Below, piece after piece: positions 21,805 to 31,985 of a stretch of DNA of 64,000 bases (position 1 is its first letter; every line of letters begins with the position of its first letter). The notes below the pieces were generated by a model. The model saw nothing but the letters and a program-made list of their open reading frames with translations, ran no database searches and was not told the DNA's origin. The stretch comes from an uncultured delta proteobacterium (lineage in GTDB: Bacteria; Desulfobacterota; Binatia; UBA9968). The stretch spans positions 64,001 to 128,000 of the forward strand of contig CAVWLW010000027.1 of the NCBI GenBank assembly GCA_963755715.1, written 5' to 3'. A program made the translations under genes and the position numbers.

Positions 21805-22224
21805 ATGTTACGGCAAGCCGATGCCAATTCCACAGTCGGTAAGATCATGCTGGTCGGAACCGACGTCAATCAGATTTTGGAAAGACGCTTCATGGCCGCC
21901 GGATGTCAGGTCGTTAAAGTGAACGATGACCAAGCGGCCATCGATCATGCGCGCCGCGAATCTTTGGATGCGACCGTCCTGATATCGAAGGGTTCGTTGA
22001 TCGACATCGCGGAAACCTTTTTCAACTTACGAGATTTGAACCGATCCATGGAAATTATTGTCCTGGTCAATCGGCGCGGGCGCCATCCAAGCCGATTTCT
22101 CCGCCAACTTCTCGAACATCCCATTGAGGGTACTCGGATTTTCACCCGCCGCCAATTGCAAAAACGGCTGCAAGCATATTTGCAGCAATCGCCACCCGGC
22201 ACGTCGCTCTTAACAGGCTGGTGA
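21805..22224 (+). CDS. Stand-alone degenerate receiver-like protein
   Basis: KIMLVG...GCQVVKVNDDQAAIDHARRESLDATVL..MEIIVL pattern of a REC fold without catalytic Asp. Confidence 0.5.
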   Translation: MLRQADANSTVGKIMLVGTDVNQILERRFMAAGCQVVKVNDDQAAIDHARRESLDATVLISKGSLIDIAETFFNLRDLNRSMEIIVLVNRRGRHPSRFLRQLLEHPIEGTRIFTRRQLQKRLQAYLQQSPPGTSLLTGW

Positions 22225-22712
22225 TGGACCGGGAAAGCGAGGCCATGAAGATGAGGAAGCCCAGACTCAAATTCGCTCGCTGCCGCCAACCGCTCACACG
22301 TCTCACCGCCGTTTTTATCGTCCTAATCTCATTCGGATCTAGTGACGCACGGACGCCTCGATATCCGGAGCTAAGCGTGATCCGAGGTACGACGCCTGCG
22401 GGCTATCCCTACATGAATGGCGGCGTCAGCTTCGATGAGCGGCAGGCGATGGAGCGGGCGGCCAAAATTTACAATCTCAAATTAGTTTTTACCCGACCTG
22501 CCGGCACACCGGTGGCGCCGGCCTTTGTCATGATCGGCGCCAACAACGGTCGTGGAATCGACAAAATCGTCCCGCGCGGTCCGTGGTTTTACATCCAACT
22601 GCCGCCCGGCGGGTACACGATATTGGCCCGTTTCGATCGGCAAGTTGTGCTGATGAGGAACGTCAAGCTGAGCGAAGGGGGACGCGCCACGTTTCGCCTG
22701 CGCGGCGATTGA
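22221..22712 (+). CDS. Secreted protein with carboxypeptidase-regulatory-like domain
   Basis: Signal-like segment, YMNGGVSFDERQAM...YNLKLVF...GPWFYIQLPPGGYTI. Confidence 0.65.
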   Translation: MMDRESEAMKMRKPRLKFARCRQPLTRLTAVFIVLISFGSSDARTPRYPELSVIRGTTPAGYPYMNGGVSFDERQAMERAAKIYNLKLVFTRPAGTPVAPAFVMIGANNGRGIDKIVPRGPWFYIQLPPGGYTILARFDRQVVLMRNVKLSEGGRATFRLRGD

Positions 22713-22807
22713 ATCGAATTGGATGAGAAAGTTTTCCCAGTGGACTCGCAATTCGTCGAATTGAAACCGCTGCGGTTAAACAAACGAAGTAAACGAAGGG
22801 AGACTTT

Positions 22808-23818
22808 ATGAAAAGACTCATGCCACTGATCGGTTTGCTCGTCCTTTGCTCGTCGGTCGCCACCGGCGTAAATTCCGCAGCGGCGGAAGAGATTCGTCTC
22901 TCCTATATCTCCGATTCGCCCGGCTCATCCGCCCCTTATTGGATCGCTAAGGAAGCCGGTTTCTACAAAAAGTACGGATTGGATGTGGAGCTGATCTTCA
23001 TCAATGGCAGCACGCGCGGCATTCAAAGTTTAATCGCGGGCGATCTCGATTTTACTGGCGCCGTCGGTACGTCGGCAATCAACGGTAGGCTGGCGGGCGG
23101 CGATATATTCATTATCGACAGCCTGGTCAACACGCTTCCGTATTACATTCTCGGTAATCCGAAGATCAAATCTCCCGAAGACCTCAAGGGCCGAACTCTG
23201 GCGACCCACATTCCCGGCACCTCCGCCGATTTTGCGGTGCGGCTTGCGCTGCGCAAATACGGCATCGACTACAAAGATATCCGAGCCGTCATGGTCGGCG
23301 GTGCTACGGCGCGGGTTGCCTCGCTGATCAACGGCCAGACCGATTTCACGATGGTGACCGAGCCGGGAAAACTTCAAGGCGAAAAGGCCGGCATGAAAGT
23401 GATCATCGACATGGCCAAGCTCAAAATTCCGTTTCAATTCAGCTGCAGCGTCACGTCGGGAAAGACGATCCGCGAGCGTCCCAAAATGGTCGAGACGATG
23501 GTCAAGGCACTGGCGAATGCGGTGCACTTCTTCAAGACCAACAAGCAAGAATCGATTCGGATCATGGCGAAATACACCCGGGGAGCGGCGCCCGAGGTTC
23601 TTGAGGGTTCCTGGGCAGCGTACGCGGAGCTTCTCGAAGAGGATTTGCATCCCACTCTCGAGGGGTTGAGCGACACGCTCGCCGTACAGGCGGCCTGGGA
23701 TCCCAAAGCCGCCAAAGCCAAGGCGCAGGACATGGTCGATCTTCGCTTTGTCAACAACTTAAAGAGGAGCGGCTTTATCGACCAACTCTACGGGCGCACG
23801 ACGATGAGTCACAAGTAA
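22808..23818 (+). CDS. ABC transporter substrate-binding protein (NMT1/SsuA-like), orphan
   Basis: Signal peptide, WIAKEAGFYKKYGLDVELIF, IKSPEDLKG, DLRFV..L..SGFI. Confidence 0.88.
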   Translation: MKRLMPLIGLLVLCSSVATGVNSAAAEEIRLSYISDSPGSSAPYWIAKEAGFYKKYGLDVELIFINGSTRGIQSLIAGDLDFTGAVGTSAINGRLAGGDIFIIDSLVNTLPYYILGNPKIKSPEDLKGRTLATHIPGTSADFAVRLALRKYGIDYKDIRAVMVGGATARVASLINGQTDFTMVTEPGKLQGEKAGMKVIIDMAKLKIPFQFSCSVTSGKTIRERPKMVETMVKALANAVHFFKTNKQESIRIMAKYTRGAAPEVLEGSWAAYAELLEEDLHPTLEGLSDTLAVQAAWDPKAAKAKAQDMVDLRFVNNLKRSGFIDQLYGRTTMSHK

Positions 23819-23856
23819 ATCGGCGCGATCGAACGCGCCAAGAATCGGAGGCCCAA

Positions 23857-24881
23857 ATGAATCGATCGTTCGGATCAAAATCGTTTCTTATCGCCGGCGC
23901 GTTTTTATTTTCTTCGCTGTCGGTTTCCGCCGCGCGAGCGGGATCCGATGCAAAAATAATCGAGGCGGCAAAGAAAGAAGGGACCGTATCTTATTACACC
24001 ACGATGACCTTATCGCAGAGCAAAAAGGTCGTCGACAAATTTCAAGAGAAATATCCGTTCATCAAGCCGGAGCTATTTCGCGGCGGCGGCGACGAGGTGC
24101 TGAACCGGATTCTGAATGAGGCTCGGGGCGGCCTTAATGCCTGGGATGTCGTATCGACGCGGGGCGATTCGGTGCTGACTTTAAGGGAGGCCAAGCTGAT
24201 CACGTCCTACCGTTCGCCCGAGAGCAAGTTCATCGATCGCGACATGGTCGATGACGAAGGATATTGGACCGCCTACTACGTCAATCCTTATGTGCTCGGC
24301 TACAACACCAAGTTGGTCAAGAAAGAAGAGGTTCCCAAAACCTACGAAGAACTGCTGGATCCCAAGTGGAAAGGAAAAAAGATCTCCATCGACGACTCGG
24401 CCTACGGGTTGCTTGCAGGACTCATTCACGCTTGGGGAAAAGAAAAGGCGGTCGGGTATTTCAAGAAACTGGCCGCGCAGGAGCCCGTGGTCAGAGGGGA
24501 AACACCAACCGCGTCCAACTCGCGATGGCCGGAGAATATCCGCTGATCATCGCCTACGCGCCGACGATCCAAAGAGAGACTTCAAAGGGACATCCCATGG
24601 ATTGGGTTCCTCTGGAACCTGTGCCGGTGCAAGTCAATCCCATGATGCTCGCGGCTAAAGCGCCCCATCCGAACGCCGGCAAGCTTTTCATAGATTTTCT
24701 GCTGTCTAAAGCGGGACAGAAGATGCTCGTTGGTTTCAGACGCATTCCGGTTCGAGAAGACATAGAACCCGATCCGCCTCGGCTGTTCAGGGGTTACAAG
24801 CGCATCGTTGAGCACCCGGAAGATTATAAAAACTTCAACGAGACGATTAAGCTTTATCAAGAAATTTTCGGCATTCGCTGA
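23857..24881 (+). CDS. ABC substrate-binding protein (Fe3+/SBP_bac_6-like), frameshift near 24495
   Basis: IEAAKKEG, YNTKLV..PKTYEELLDPKWKG, APHPNAGKLFIDFLLSKAGQ; paralog of 61475-62497. Confidence 0.85.
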
Positions 24882-24972
24882 GGCCACTGAGTGCACTTGC
24901 CTTCATGATCATCATTTATCGTGCAAATCACATCTGGAAGGCACGTTAATATTGCGCGCAGGTTCCATCGCC

Positions 24973-25893
24973 CTACGGATCCAATTGGAATCGCCTCCCA
25001 GGAGGATTCCCCGCCTCGTACTTCAATAGTTTCATGCGCGGGACAGAAACCTCGCTGCAAACCTTTCGGATGTTTATCAGCTCGGTGGGCGCGTTCCAGT
25101 CGCTCTTCGACTCGCAGACGACTTTCGCGCAGGTGGTCTTCTTCAGCCAGGAGCACACTTTCTCGTCGCGGCCGGCTGCATCCACCAGCTCGGTCAGATA
25201 CCAGGTAGTGGGTTTGTCCTTGCCATCCTCTAAATGCACGCTTTGCACTATCGTGTAGAAGACGCCGCCGACCTCCAGCAAGCTCAGCACTCTGTCAACG
25301 AACTGCGACAAGTCCTCGGTATAGGAGAAACCGCCGAACACGTCGGTAATGATCTGGAATTTTCCCAGCTCCTCGGGCGAATAGTCCCGCAGACGCTTGC
25401 CGGTGAGATAGCGTAGACGGTCATCGCCGAGGCTCGCGGCCTGCTGTTGCCACGTGTCCGTCCGGCGGTCCTCTATCGACATCGCGACCGCGCGCACCTT
25501 GCCGCCGGCCCCGGCGCACCTTTTACCCGGCGCCGCCTCGTTTTCGGGTGCGTTGTAGTCCAGTATGGCCTGCCCGGCGCCCGCGCCGATATCGAGCCAT
25601 CGGTCCGAGCTTCCCAGCGTGCCGAGCGCGTCACAGAAGCCGGAGGGAAGAAGTTCCAGGTAGTCCGAGAGCCCTCGATTGGTGACGTAGCCGCCGGGAA
25701 CATCGGCGCCCCGGCTGCGGTAGATTTTTTCCTGCTTGGCGATTTCCTCGTCAATCTGCGGTGGAGTGGGTTCCTGCGGCCAGACAACTCCCAGCCCAAG
25801 CGCCTGCAGAACGATGACGATCAGAACGGCCAAGCGCGCTGCCGCGGTCTTCCATCCTTGCACCGACGATTTGACTGAACCCATGACAATCAC
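24973..25893 (-). CDS. Exported class I SAM-methyltransferase-like protein, copy 1 (intact)
   Basis: Hydrophobic N-terminal segment, WLDIGAGAGQA motif I, FQIITDVFGGFSY, LLEVGGVF. Confidence 0.75.
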   Translation of the reverse strand: MIVMGSVKSSVQGWKTAAARLAVLIVIVLQALGLGVVWPQEPTPPQIDEEIAKQEKIYRSRGADVPGGYVTNRGLSDYLELLPSGFCDALGTLGSSDRWLDIGAGAGQAILDYNAPENEAAPGKRCAGAGGKVRAVAMSIEDRRTDTWQQQAASLGDDRLRYLTGKRLRDYSPEELGKFQIITDVFGGFSYTEDLSQFVDRVLSLLEVGGVFYTIVQSVHLEDGKDKPTTWYLTELVDAAGRDEKVCSWLKKTTCAKVVCESKSDWNAPTELINIRKVCSEVSVPRMKLLKYEAGNPPGRRFQLDP

Positions 25894-26861
25894 TTCCTCC
25901 TCGCGTTGAAGAAAATGCCTTTCTTAAGACCGTTTTCAAAGCTGTTCCAGCCATAGTCTATGCTGCCGGTGGCCGCAAGGCTGAAGGCGGAGGCGGTCAG
26001 CGCGCTGACGAAAGTGATCTGCGCTTCTTCGGTGTCATCCGGGTCGTCTTCGAATGGGCGCAGCGTGTGCTGGTTCGGATACTGGGCATCTTCGTGGAGC
26101 GTGTCCCGTATCGAGATCTCTCCGACCGCGGCCGGAATGAACCGGTAAAATTGCCCGCGGTTGCGGGTGGGCCGGATGTCCTCGTCCGCACCGATCACCA
26201 TCACCGGAGCGGTGATCCGCTGCAGCAACTGCCGCAATTCCCGGCCGATCCCGGCGGGATCGAGCAGGACGCCGCCCAGCGCGGGGGCGCCTTCGCCCAA
26301 CGCGGCGGCGACGGCAGTCGCGCCGAATGAGTGGCCCACGAGAATGATCTTGTCCGCGTCTATGCGGCCGTCGACGAGCTGCGGTGTCCGATAAATGGCG
26401 TCGACGAGCTTGGCAAGGGTTCTGCCGTTGGCGATCCAGGGGCCGCGCTTGGGCAAGTCGATGGCCATGCCATGCATGCCCCAGGAGGCCACGTGCATCG
26501 CTTGGAAGGCATGGTCCTCCTTGGAATTGTCTTGACCGTGCAACACGATGACCAGCGGAGCCTTGCGAGCCGCCGCGCACAGGTATAAGTCCGCTTCCAC
26601 CGTGAGACCGGAAACCAGGGGGATTTCCAGGTCTCTGCGCTCGATGACGGCAAAGGGCCCACGCAGCCTGAATTGCGCTACATCGGGCTTGCGGGACAGT
26701 AGATAGCGCTGGAGCTCGGCAGGGTTTGCGGCCTTTATCGGCGTGACTTCAGTCGGCGGAAACCGGCGCGCACAGCCGACCAAATGCACCATGAGGGTGA
26801 TCAGCAAAAGGGCTGGAATGTGAAAACCTGATCGGCCGATCGCGGCTGCGGTTCCTGGCAC
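25890..26861 (-). CDS. Alpha/beta hydrolase, probable lipoprotein
   Basis: Lipobox LVGC, VIVLHG, nucleophile GHSFG, LLDP; stop overlaps the start of the methyltransferase gene. Confidence 0.82.
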   Translation of the reverse strand: MPGTAAAIGRSGFHIPALLLITLMVHLVGCARRFPPTEVTPIKAANPAELQRYLLSRKPDVAQFRLRGPFAVIERRDLEIPLVSGLTVEADLYLCAAARKAPLVIVLHGQDNSKEDHAFQAMHVASWGMHGMAIDLPKRGPWIANGRTLAKLVDAIYRTPQLVDGRIDADKIILVGHSFGATAVAAALGEGAPALGGVLLDPAGIGRELRQLLQRITAPVMVIGADEDIRPTRNRGQFYRFIPAAVGEISIRDTLHEDAQYPNQHTLRPFEDDPDDTEEAQITFVSALTASAFSLAATGSIDYGWNSFENGLKKGIFFNARRK

Positions 26862-27072
26862 GTTACTCCCGAGGGACGATTCACTGGGGGAAACAAAGGT
26901 TAGACCTTTACTTCCAGACTTTCGAGCTTTTTGTTTTGTTCATCGCGCACTGGCGCTATGAATTCAACTTCACAACCCCTACGGCTCCAATTGGCATCGC
27001 CTGTCGTGTACCCAACTTTATACCGGTAAGGAGGCTGTCAATAAGTTGCCAGCCCCCTTGAGTGCATGTGCT

Positions 27073-27897
27073 TCAGTCGCAGTTCTTAAGCTTAGACTCC
27101 TGACAACGCCGTGCCATCTCCTGCGCGGTTGCAATCTGCTCGGCTGTCATTTTTGAAGCAATTCTATCTCGATTCTTTGTCGCCGTATCTCCAGAATCGC
27201 CGCTCAATGCTGCGGCAGCGAGCGTAAACCACATATGCGCACGCACAAAGTCCTGCCGCACGCCTGTGCCATTGGTATACATCACACCCAGATTAATTTG
27301 CGCAAATTGGTTTCCCTGCGCTGCCGCGAGGCGATACCAATTCACGGCTTCCTGATAATCCTGCGGCACGCCTTGTCCTTTCTCATACGCCAGACCCAGA
27401 CTGGACTGTGCCGGTGCGTATCCCTGTGCCGCCGCGAGGCGATACCAGTTTACAGCCTCCTGATAATCCTGCGGCACGCCTCTCCCCTCTGCGTATATCG
27501 AACCCAGCCTCGTCTGCGCCCATTCGTCTTCCCGAGACGCCGCGATGCGATACCAATTCACGGCTTCCTGATAATCCTGCGGCACGCCTTGGCCTTTCTC
27601 ATACGCCAGACCCAGACTATATTGCGCCGGGACATTTCCCTGCGCTGCCGCGAGGCGATACCACTTCACAGCCTCCTGATAATCCTGTGTCGCGCCTTTC
27701 CCCTCTGCGTACATCGAACCCACTCGCCTCTGCGCCCATTGGTTTCCCTTCTCGGCAAGTTGGCGAAAGAGTTTCATCGCCTGAACATAGTCGCCGCGCT
27801 CGTACGCAGCGCTTGCGTCATCAAAAGGGTTCGATGCGGCAAAACTACTGGTACCGAGTAAATAAAGAATGGCGAGCAAAAGCAGGTTGGTTTTCAT
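27073..27897 (-). CDS. Secreted Sel1-repeat protein
   Basis: Signal peptide MKTNLLLLAILYLLG; 36-aa repeats AQ.SLG..Y..G.GVPQDYQEAV.WYRLAAAQG; C-terminal MTAEQIATAQEMARRC. Confidence 0.93.
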   Translation of the reverse strand: MKTNLLLLAILYLLGTSSFAASNPFDDASAAYERGDYVQAMKLFRQLAEKGNQWAQRRVGSMYAEGKGATQDYQEAVKWYRLAAAQGNVPAQYSLGLAYEKGQGVPQDYQEAVNWYRIAASREDEWAQTRLGSIYAEGRGVPQDYQEAVNWYRLAAAQGYAPAQSSLGLAYEKGQGVPQDYQEAVNWYRLAAAQGNQFAQINLGVMYTNGTGVRQDFVRAHMWFTLAAAALSGDSGDTATKNRDRIASKMTAEQIATAQEMARRCQESKLKNCD

Positions 27898-28233
27898 GGC
27901 GATTCCCGTGCCGTTACCGACTGTGGGTTGCCTGACTGTTGCACGAGTCCGCTGTTGACGGTCGAATTGAGAGGTCTTGAATAGTGAAATTTTTAATTTT
28001 CGAGCTTGCTCTTTATGCGTCGCGGCAACATCGTGAGTCGCCAAGACTCCATAGTTGCTTTTGCCGGCTTGGCAAACCCGTCATTTACTTCTTTCCCATA
28101 GGAAAGCAACTTCTTAAACTCGACGCTTCTGCATCGGCTTGAAATGCGCCGCGCCGTTGGGGAAGCCTGAAAACCATCCAACTGGACGCTCATTGATCTT
28201 CCGGTTCGCGAACTGTAACCAAGATTTACCACC

Positions 28234-29274
28234 CTACTGTTCCAATTGGAATCGCCTGTCGGGAGGATATCCCGCCTCGAACTCCACTAATTTCATGCGC
28301 GGGACCGAGGTGTCGCTGCAAACCTTCCGAATGTTTATCAGCTCGGTGGGCCTTTTCCAGTCGCTCTTCGACTCGCAGGTGACTTGCACGCAGGAGGTCT
28401 TCTTCAGCCAGGAGCACACTAGTTTCAGGCGCGGGCCGCACGCGGCTTGCAAACCTTCCGAATATTTAACAGCTCGGTGGGTCTTTTCCAGTTGCTCTTC
28501 GACTCGCAGGAACTTGCGCGCAGGCGGTAGCTGCTTCAGCCAGGAGCACACTCTTAGAGGCGGCCGGCGGCATCCTCCAGCTCGGTCAGATAAAAGACGC
28601 CGAGTTTATTTCGAACCACCCTCTAAGTGCACGCCTGGCACCAGCGTGTAGAAGCTACCGCCGACCTCCAGCAAGCTCAGCACCTGCCCACAAACCCGGA
28701 CAAGTCCTCGGTATAGGTGAATCCGCCGAACACGTCGGTAATAATCTGGAATGTTCCCAGCTCCTCGCGCGAATATTGCCGCAGACGCTTGCCGGAGAGA
28801 TACCGTATCCGGTCGCCGAGGCTCGCGGCCTGCTGCTGCCACTTGTCCGTCCGGCGGTCCTCTATGGAGATCGCGACCGCGCGCGCCTTAGGCCGGATCC
28901 GCCGCACTTTTCACCCGAGCCCCGTCGCCTTCGGGTGCATAGTAGTCCAGTATGGCCTGCCCCTCGCCCGCGCCGATATCCAGCCATCGGTCCGAGCTGC
29001 CAAGCCTGCCGAGAGCGTCGCAGAACCCGGCGGGAAGAAGCTCCGCGTAGTCCGAGAGCCCTCGGTTGGTGACGTAGCCGCGGGGAACATCGGCGCCCCG
29101 GCTGCGGAAGATTTTTTCCTGTTTCGTGAATTCCTCGTCGAGTCGCAGTTGAGCGGGCTCCTGTGGCCAGACAGGTCCGAGCCAAGCGCCTAGCAGGATG
29201 ATGATCAAAACGGCCAGGCGGGTTCCAACGGCCTTCCGTCCTTGTACCGACGAAATAACTGAAGGGATGACCAT
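28234..29274 (-). pseudogene. Exported methyltransferase-like copy 2 (frameshifts and ~130-bp internal duplication)
   Basis: Fragments 28888-29274, 28677-28907 and 28234-28551 are all homologous to copy 1. Confidence 0.7.
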
Positions 29275-29390
29275 TACTTTCTCCTCGCGTTGAAAAAATG
29301 CCGTTCTTGAAAGCGATTCGAGGCTGTTCAAAGCATAGTATAGGCTTCCCCGGCGTCTTCCGGGTTGTCTTCAAACGCGCGCAGCATGCG
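29271..29390 (-). pseudogene. 3' remnant of the alpha/beta hydrolase
   Basis: Encodes ...FEDNPEDA...FKNGIFSTRGE, matching the 3' end of 25890-26861 with an internal deletion. Confidence 0.6.
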
Positions 29391-29483
29391 CTCGTCCTTT
29401 AGTCAAACCAACAAATACGCAAACGTGGCGGCTGCGTCCACCCACAAATCGTCTGGACGAAGCTATGCGCCAGGTTTCATCGC

Positions 29484-30381
29484 CTATGGCTCCAATTGGA
29501 ATCGCCTGCCGGGAGGAGCCCCCGCCATGTACTCCACAAGGTTCGTGCGCGGAACCGCAATGTCGCTGCAAGCCTTGCGAATTTTTATCAACTGCGTGGG
29601 CTCGTCCCAGTCGCTCTTCGACTCGCAGACGATTTTCGCGCAGGTGGTCTGCTTGAGCCAGGAGCACACTTTTATCGGGCGGCTGGCTGCATCCACCAGC
29701 TCGGTCTTATACCAGGTGCCGAGTTTATCCGTGCCATCCTCCAAGTGCACGGCCGGTAACACTGTGTAGAAGGCGCCGCCCATCTCCAGCAAGCTCAGTA
29801 CCTTCTCGAGGAATCGGGATAAATTTTCCGTGTAAGTGAAGCCGCCGTACACGTCGGTGATAATCTGGAATTTTCCAAGCTCATCGCGTGAATATTGGCT
29901 CAGACGTTTGCCGGCGAGATCCCGCATCCGGTCGCCGAGGCTCGCGGCCTGCTGTTTCCACCTGTCTGCCCGGCGGTCCTCTATGGAGATCGCGACCACG
30001 CGCGCCTTGGGGCCGGATCCGCCACACTTTTCAGGAGCCCCATCGCCTTGCGGGTGCATAGTAGTCGAGTATGGCCTGCCCCTCGCCCGCGCCGATATCC
30101 AGCCATCGGCCGAAGCTGCCGAGCTTGCCGAGCGCGTCGCAGAAGCCGGTGGGAAGAACCTCCGCGTAGTCCGAGAGCCCTCGGTTCGTGGTGTAGCTCC
30201 CGGCACCCCGTCTGCGGTAGATTTTTTCCTGCTTGGCGAATTCCTCGTCGATTCGTGGCTGAACGGGTTCCTGTGGCCAGCCAGCTCCCAGACCAAGGGC
30301 CTGCAGGACGATCAGCACAGCCAGGCGCGCTGCCGCGGCTTTCCGTCCTTGTACCGACGAAATAACTGAAGGGATGACCAT
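29484..30381 (-). CDS. Exported methyltransferase-like copy 3 (frameshift near 30050)
   Basis: MVIPSVISSVQG...WLDIGAGEGQA, then ...GRRFQLEP in another frame. Confidence 0.72.
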
Positions 30382-30575
30382 TACTTTCTCCTCGCGTTGA
30401 AAAACATGGCGTTCTTGAAAGCATTCTCAAAGCTGTTCCACCCATAATCTATGCCGCCGGTGGCCGCAAGGCCGAAGGCGGAGGCGGTCGGTGACCTGAC
30501 GGTAAACGTGACCTGCGCTTCCTCCGTCTCATCGGGCTGGTCCTCGAATGCGCGCAGCGTGTGCTGGTTCGGATT
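30378..30575 (-). pseudogene. 3' remnant of the alpha/beta hydrolase
   Basis: Encodes PNQHTLRAFEDQPDETEEAQVTF...TASAFGLAATGGIDYGWNSFEN, near-identical to the end of 25890-26861. Confidence 0.7.
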
Positions 30576-30759
30576 TTTGATGAGTAGGCAGCTTTTTACA
30601 ATCTATTGATGAGACGGGTGGGTGAGATGGCCATGCAAGGCAAATCTCTCGACGCGATCAAGAGGGAGCTTAAAATGCCGGAATATTCTGATTGGCGGGG
30701 ACAAAAACAATCTGCCACAAAAGATTACCGTGGCCCACGAGTCGGTGAAGAAACAAATC

Positions 30760-31047
30760 GGTGATCAAAAACGCATCGCGGGCTTTGCATTAAAGAGCCG
30801 GTTGCCGTCGGTGTACAGCAACAGAGAATTTGTAGATGCCGGCGGGCTCATGTTCTACGGGGCGGACCTCGCGGACAGCCACCGGCGCGTCGCCTATTAC
30901 GTGGACAAATCCTGAAGGGTGCCAAGCCTGCCGATCTGCCAGTCGAGCAGCCGACGAAGTTTGAGCTGGTGATAAATTTGAAGACGGCGAAGCAGTCTGA
31001 CGATTCCGCAGAACGTGCTGGCGAGAGCGGATAAAGTCATTAAGTAA
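30760..31047 (+). pseudogene. C-terminal fragment of an ABC_sub_bind-type substrate-binding protein
   Basis: [20 protein letters not shown] / [38 protein letters not shown]. Confidence 0.75.
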
Positions 31048-31452
31048 TAGTTCGACGTTGCTCACCTCAAAGGACATGCGCAAACAAATCACCGTCATTA
31101 CTCTTTGCGCTGTAGTGTTAGCGCTTTGCGCGCATGCCGCGAATCTTGGAAAAAGCCAAAGAGAATTGTTTCGTCTCCAACTCGATCAAAAGCACGCACC
31201 ATCAAAATCTAACCGGAATCTTCCACCAACAGACTCCTGCCCACTGGGCGAATCCCCTTCGCCTGACGAGCGAATCTCAGAAACTTAAAGCGCCGGGCGG
31301 CTCATTACTTCTGGGGCCACGTCCAAGTTCCTAGTTTCTGCTTGCGGCTAATGCAAAGTTCCGTTTCGCGCTATTGCTAAAGTTGCCAGGCTTCTTTCCC
31401 AATCTCGACAAATAGTCGGCGCGAGTTTCTCCATAAAACAGTACTTTAGTCG

Positions 31453-31468
31453 TGGCATATTCGTTGCT
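31453..31468 (+). promoter_or_regulatory. Sigma54 (-24/-12) promoter
   Basis: TGGCAT-ATTCG-TTGCT matches TGGCAC-N5-TTGCW, ~55 nt before the ATG at 31524 with an AGGAGG RBS. Confidence 0.75.
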
Positions 31469-31523
31469 CTATGACTCTTTGCCTACCGAATTAAACGCAT
31501 AAACAGAAAGGAGGTGAAAAAAA

Positions 31524-31985
31524 ATGAAGAAGATTGCTTTAGTTCTGTTCGCGGGAGCGATCGCAATTTATGCTAGCGGCTTTGTCGTCCTACGCGCAGC
31601 CAAGAGGGGGGATGATGTGGCGAGGGAGTGGCGGGTGGGGACCGGGAACACAGTACAATAGAATGTACGATCCAAAGGCGGCGGAAACGATCACCGGCGA
31701 GGTCACGGCGTGGATCGGATCACACCGAACAAAGGGATGAGCGGCGGATTCACATGAACGTGAAAACCGATAAGGAGACGGTCTCTGTGCATCTTGGGCC
31801 GAGTTGGTACCTCGAAAATCAGGACGTGAAGATCGAGCCAAAGACAAGGTCGAGGTGAAAGGCGCCAGAACGACATTTGCCGGAAACCGGCGATCATCGC
31901 GGCGGAGGTGAAGAAGGGAGATGAAGTCTTGAAGCTGCGTGACGACAGCGGCTTCCCGGTGTGGAGCGGCTGGAGACGGCGATAG
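31524..31985 (+). CDS. Secreted small OB-fold-like protein (frameshifted)
   Basis: Signal peptide MKKIALVLFAGAIAI; pieces YNRMYDPKAAETITGEV / HMNVKTDKETVSVHLGPSWYL / IIAAEVKKGDEVLKLRDDSGFPVWSGWRRR. Confidence 0.65.

Noticed and set aside
27300-27720. CRISPR-like or non-coding 108-bp periodic repeats
   Set aside because: They are in-frame 36-aa Sel1 repeats, with no unique spacers and no cas genes.
28289-28552. Diversity-generating retroelement TR/VR pair
   Set aside because: Differences include indels and are not adenine-specific, and no reverse transcriptase is present in the window.
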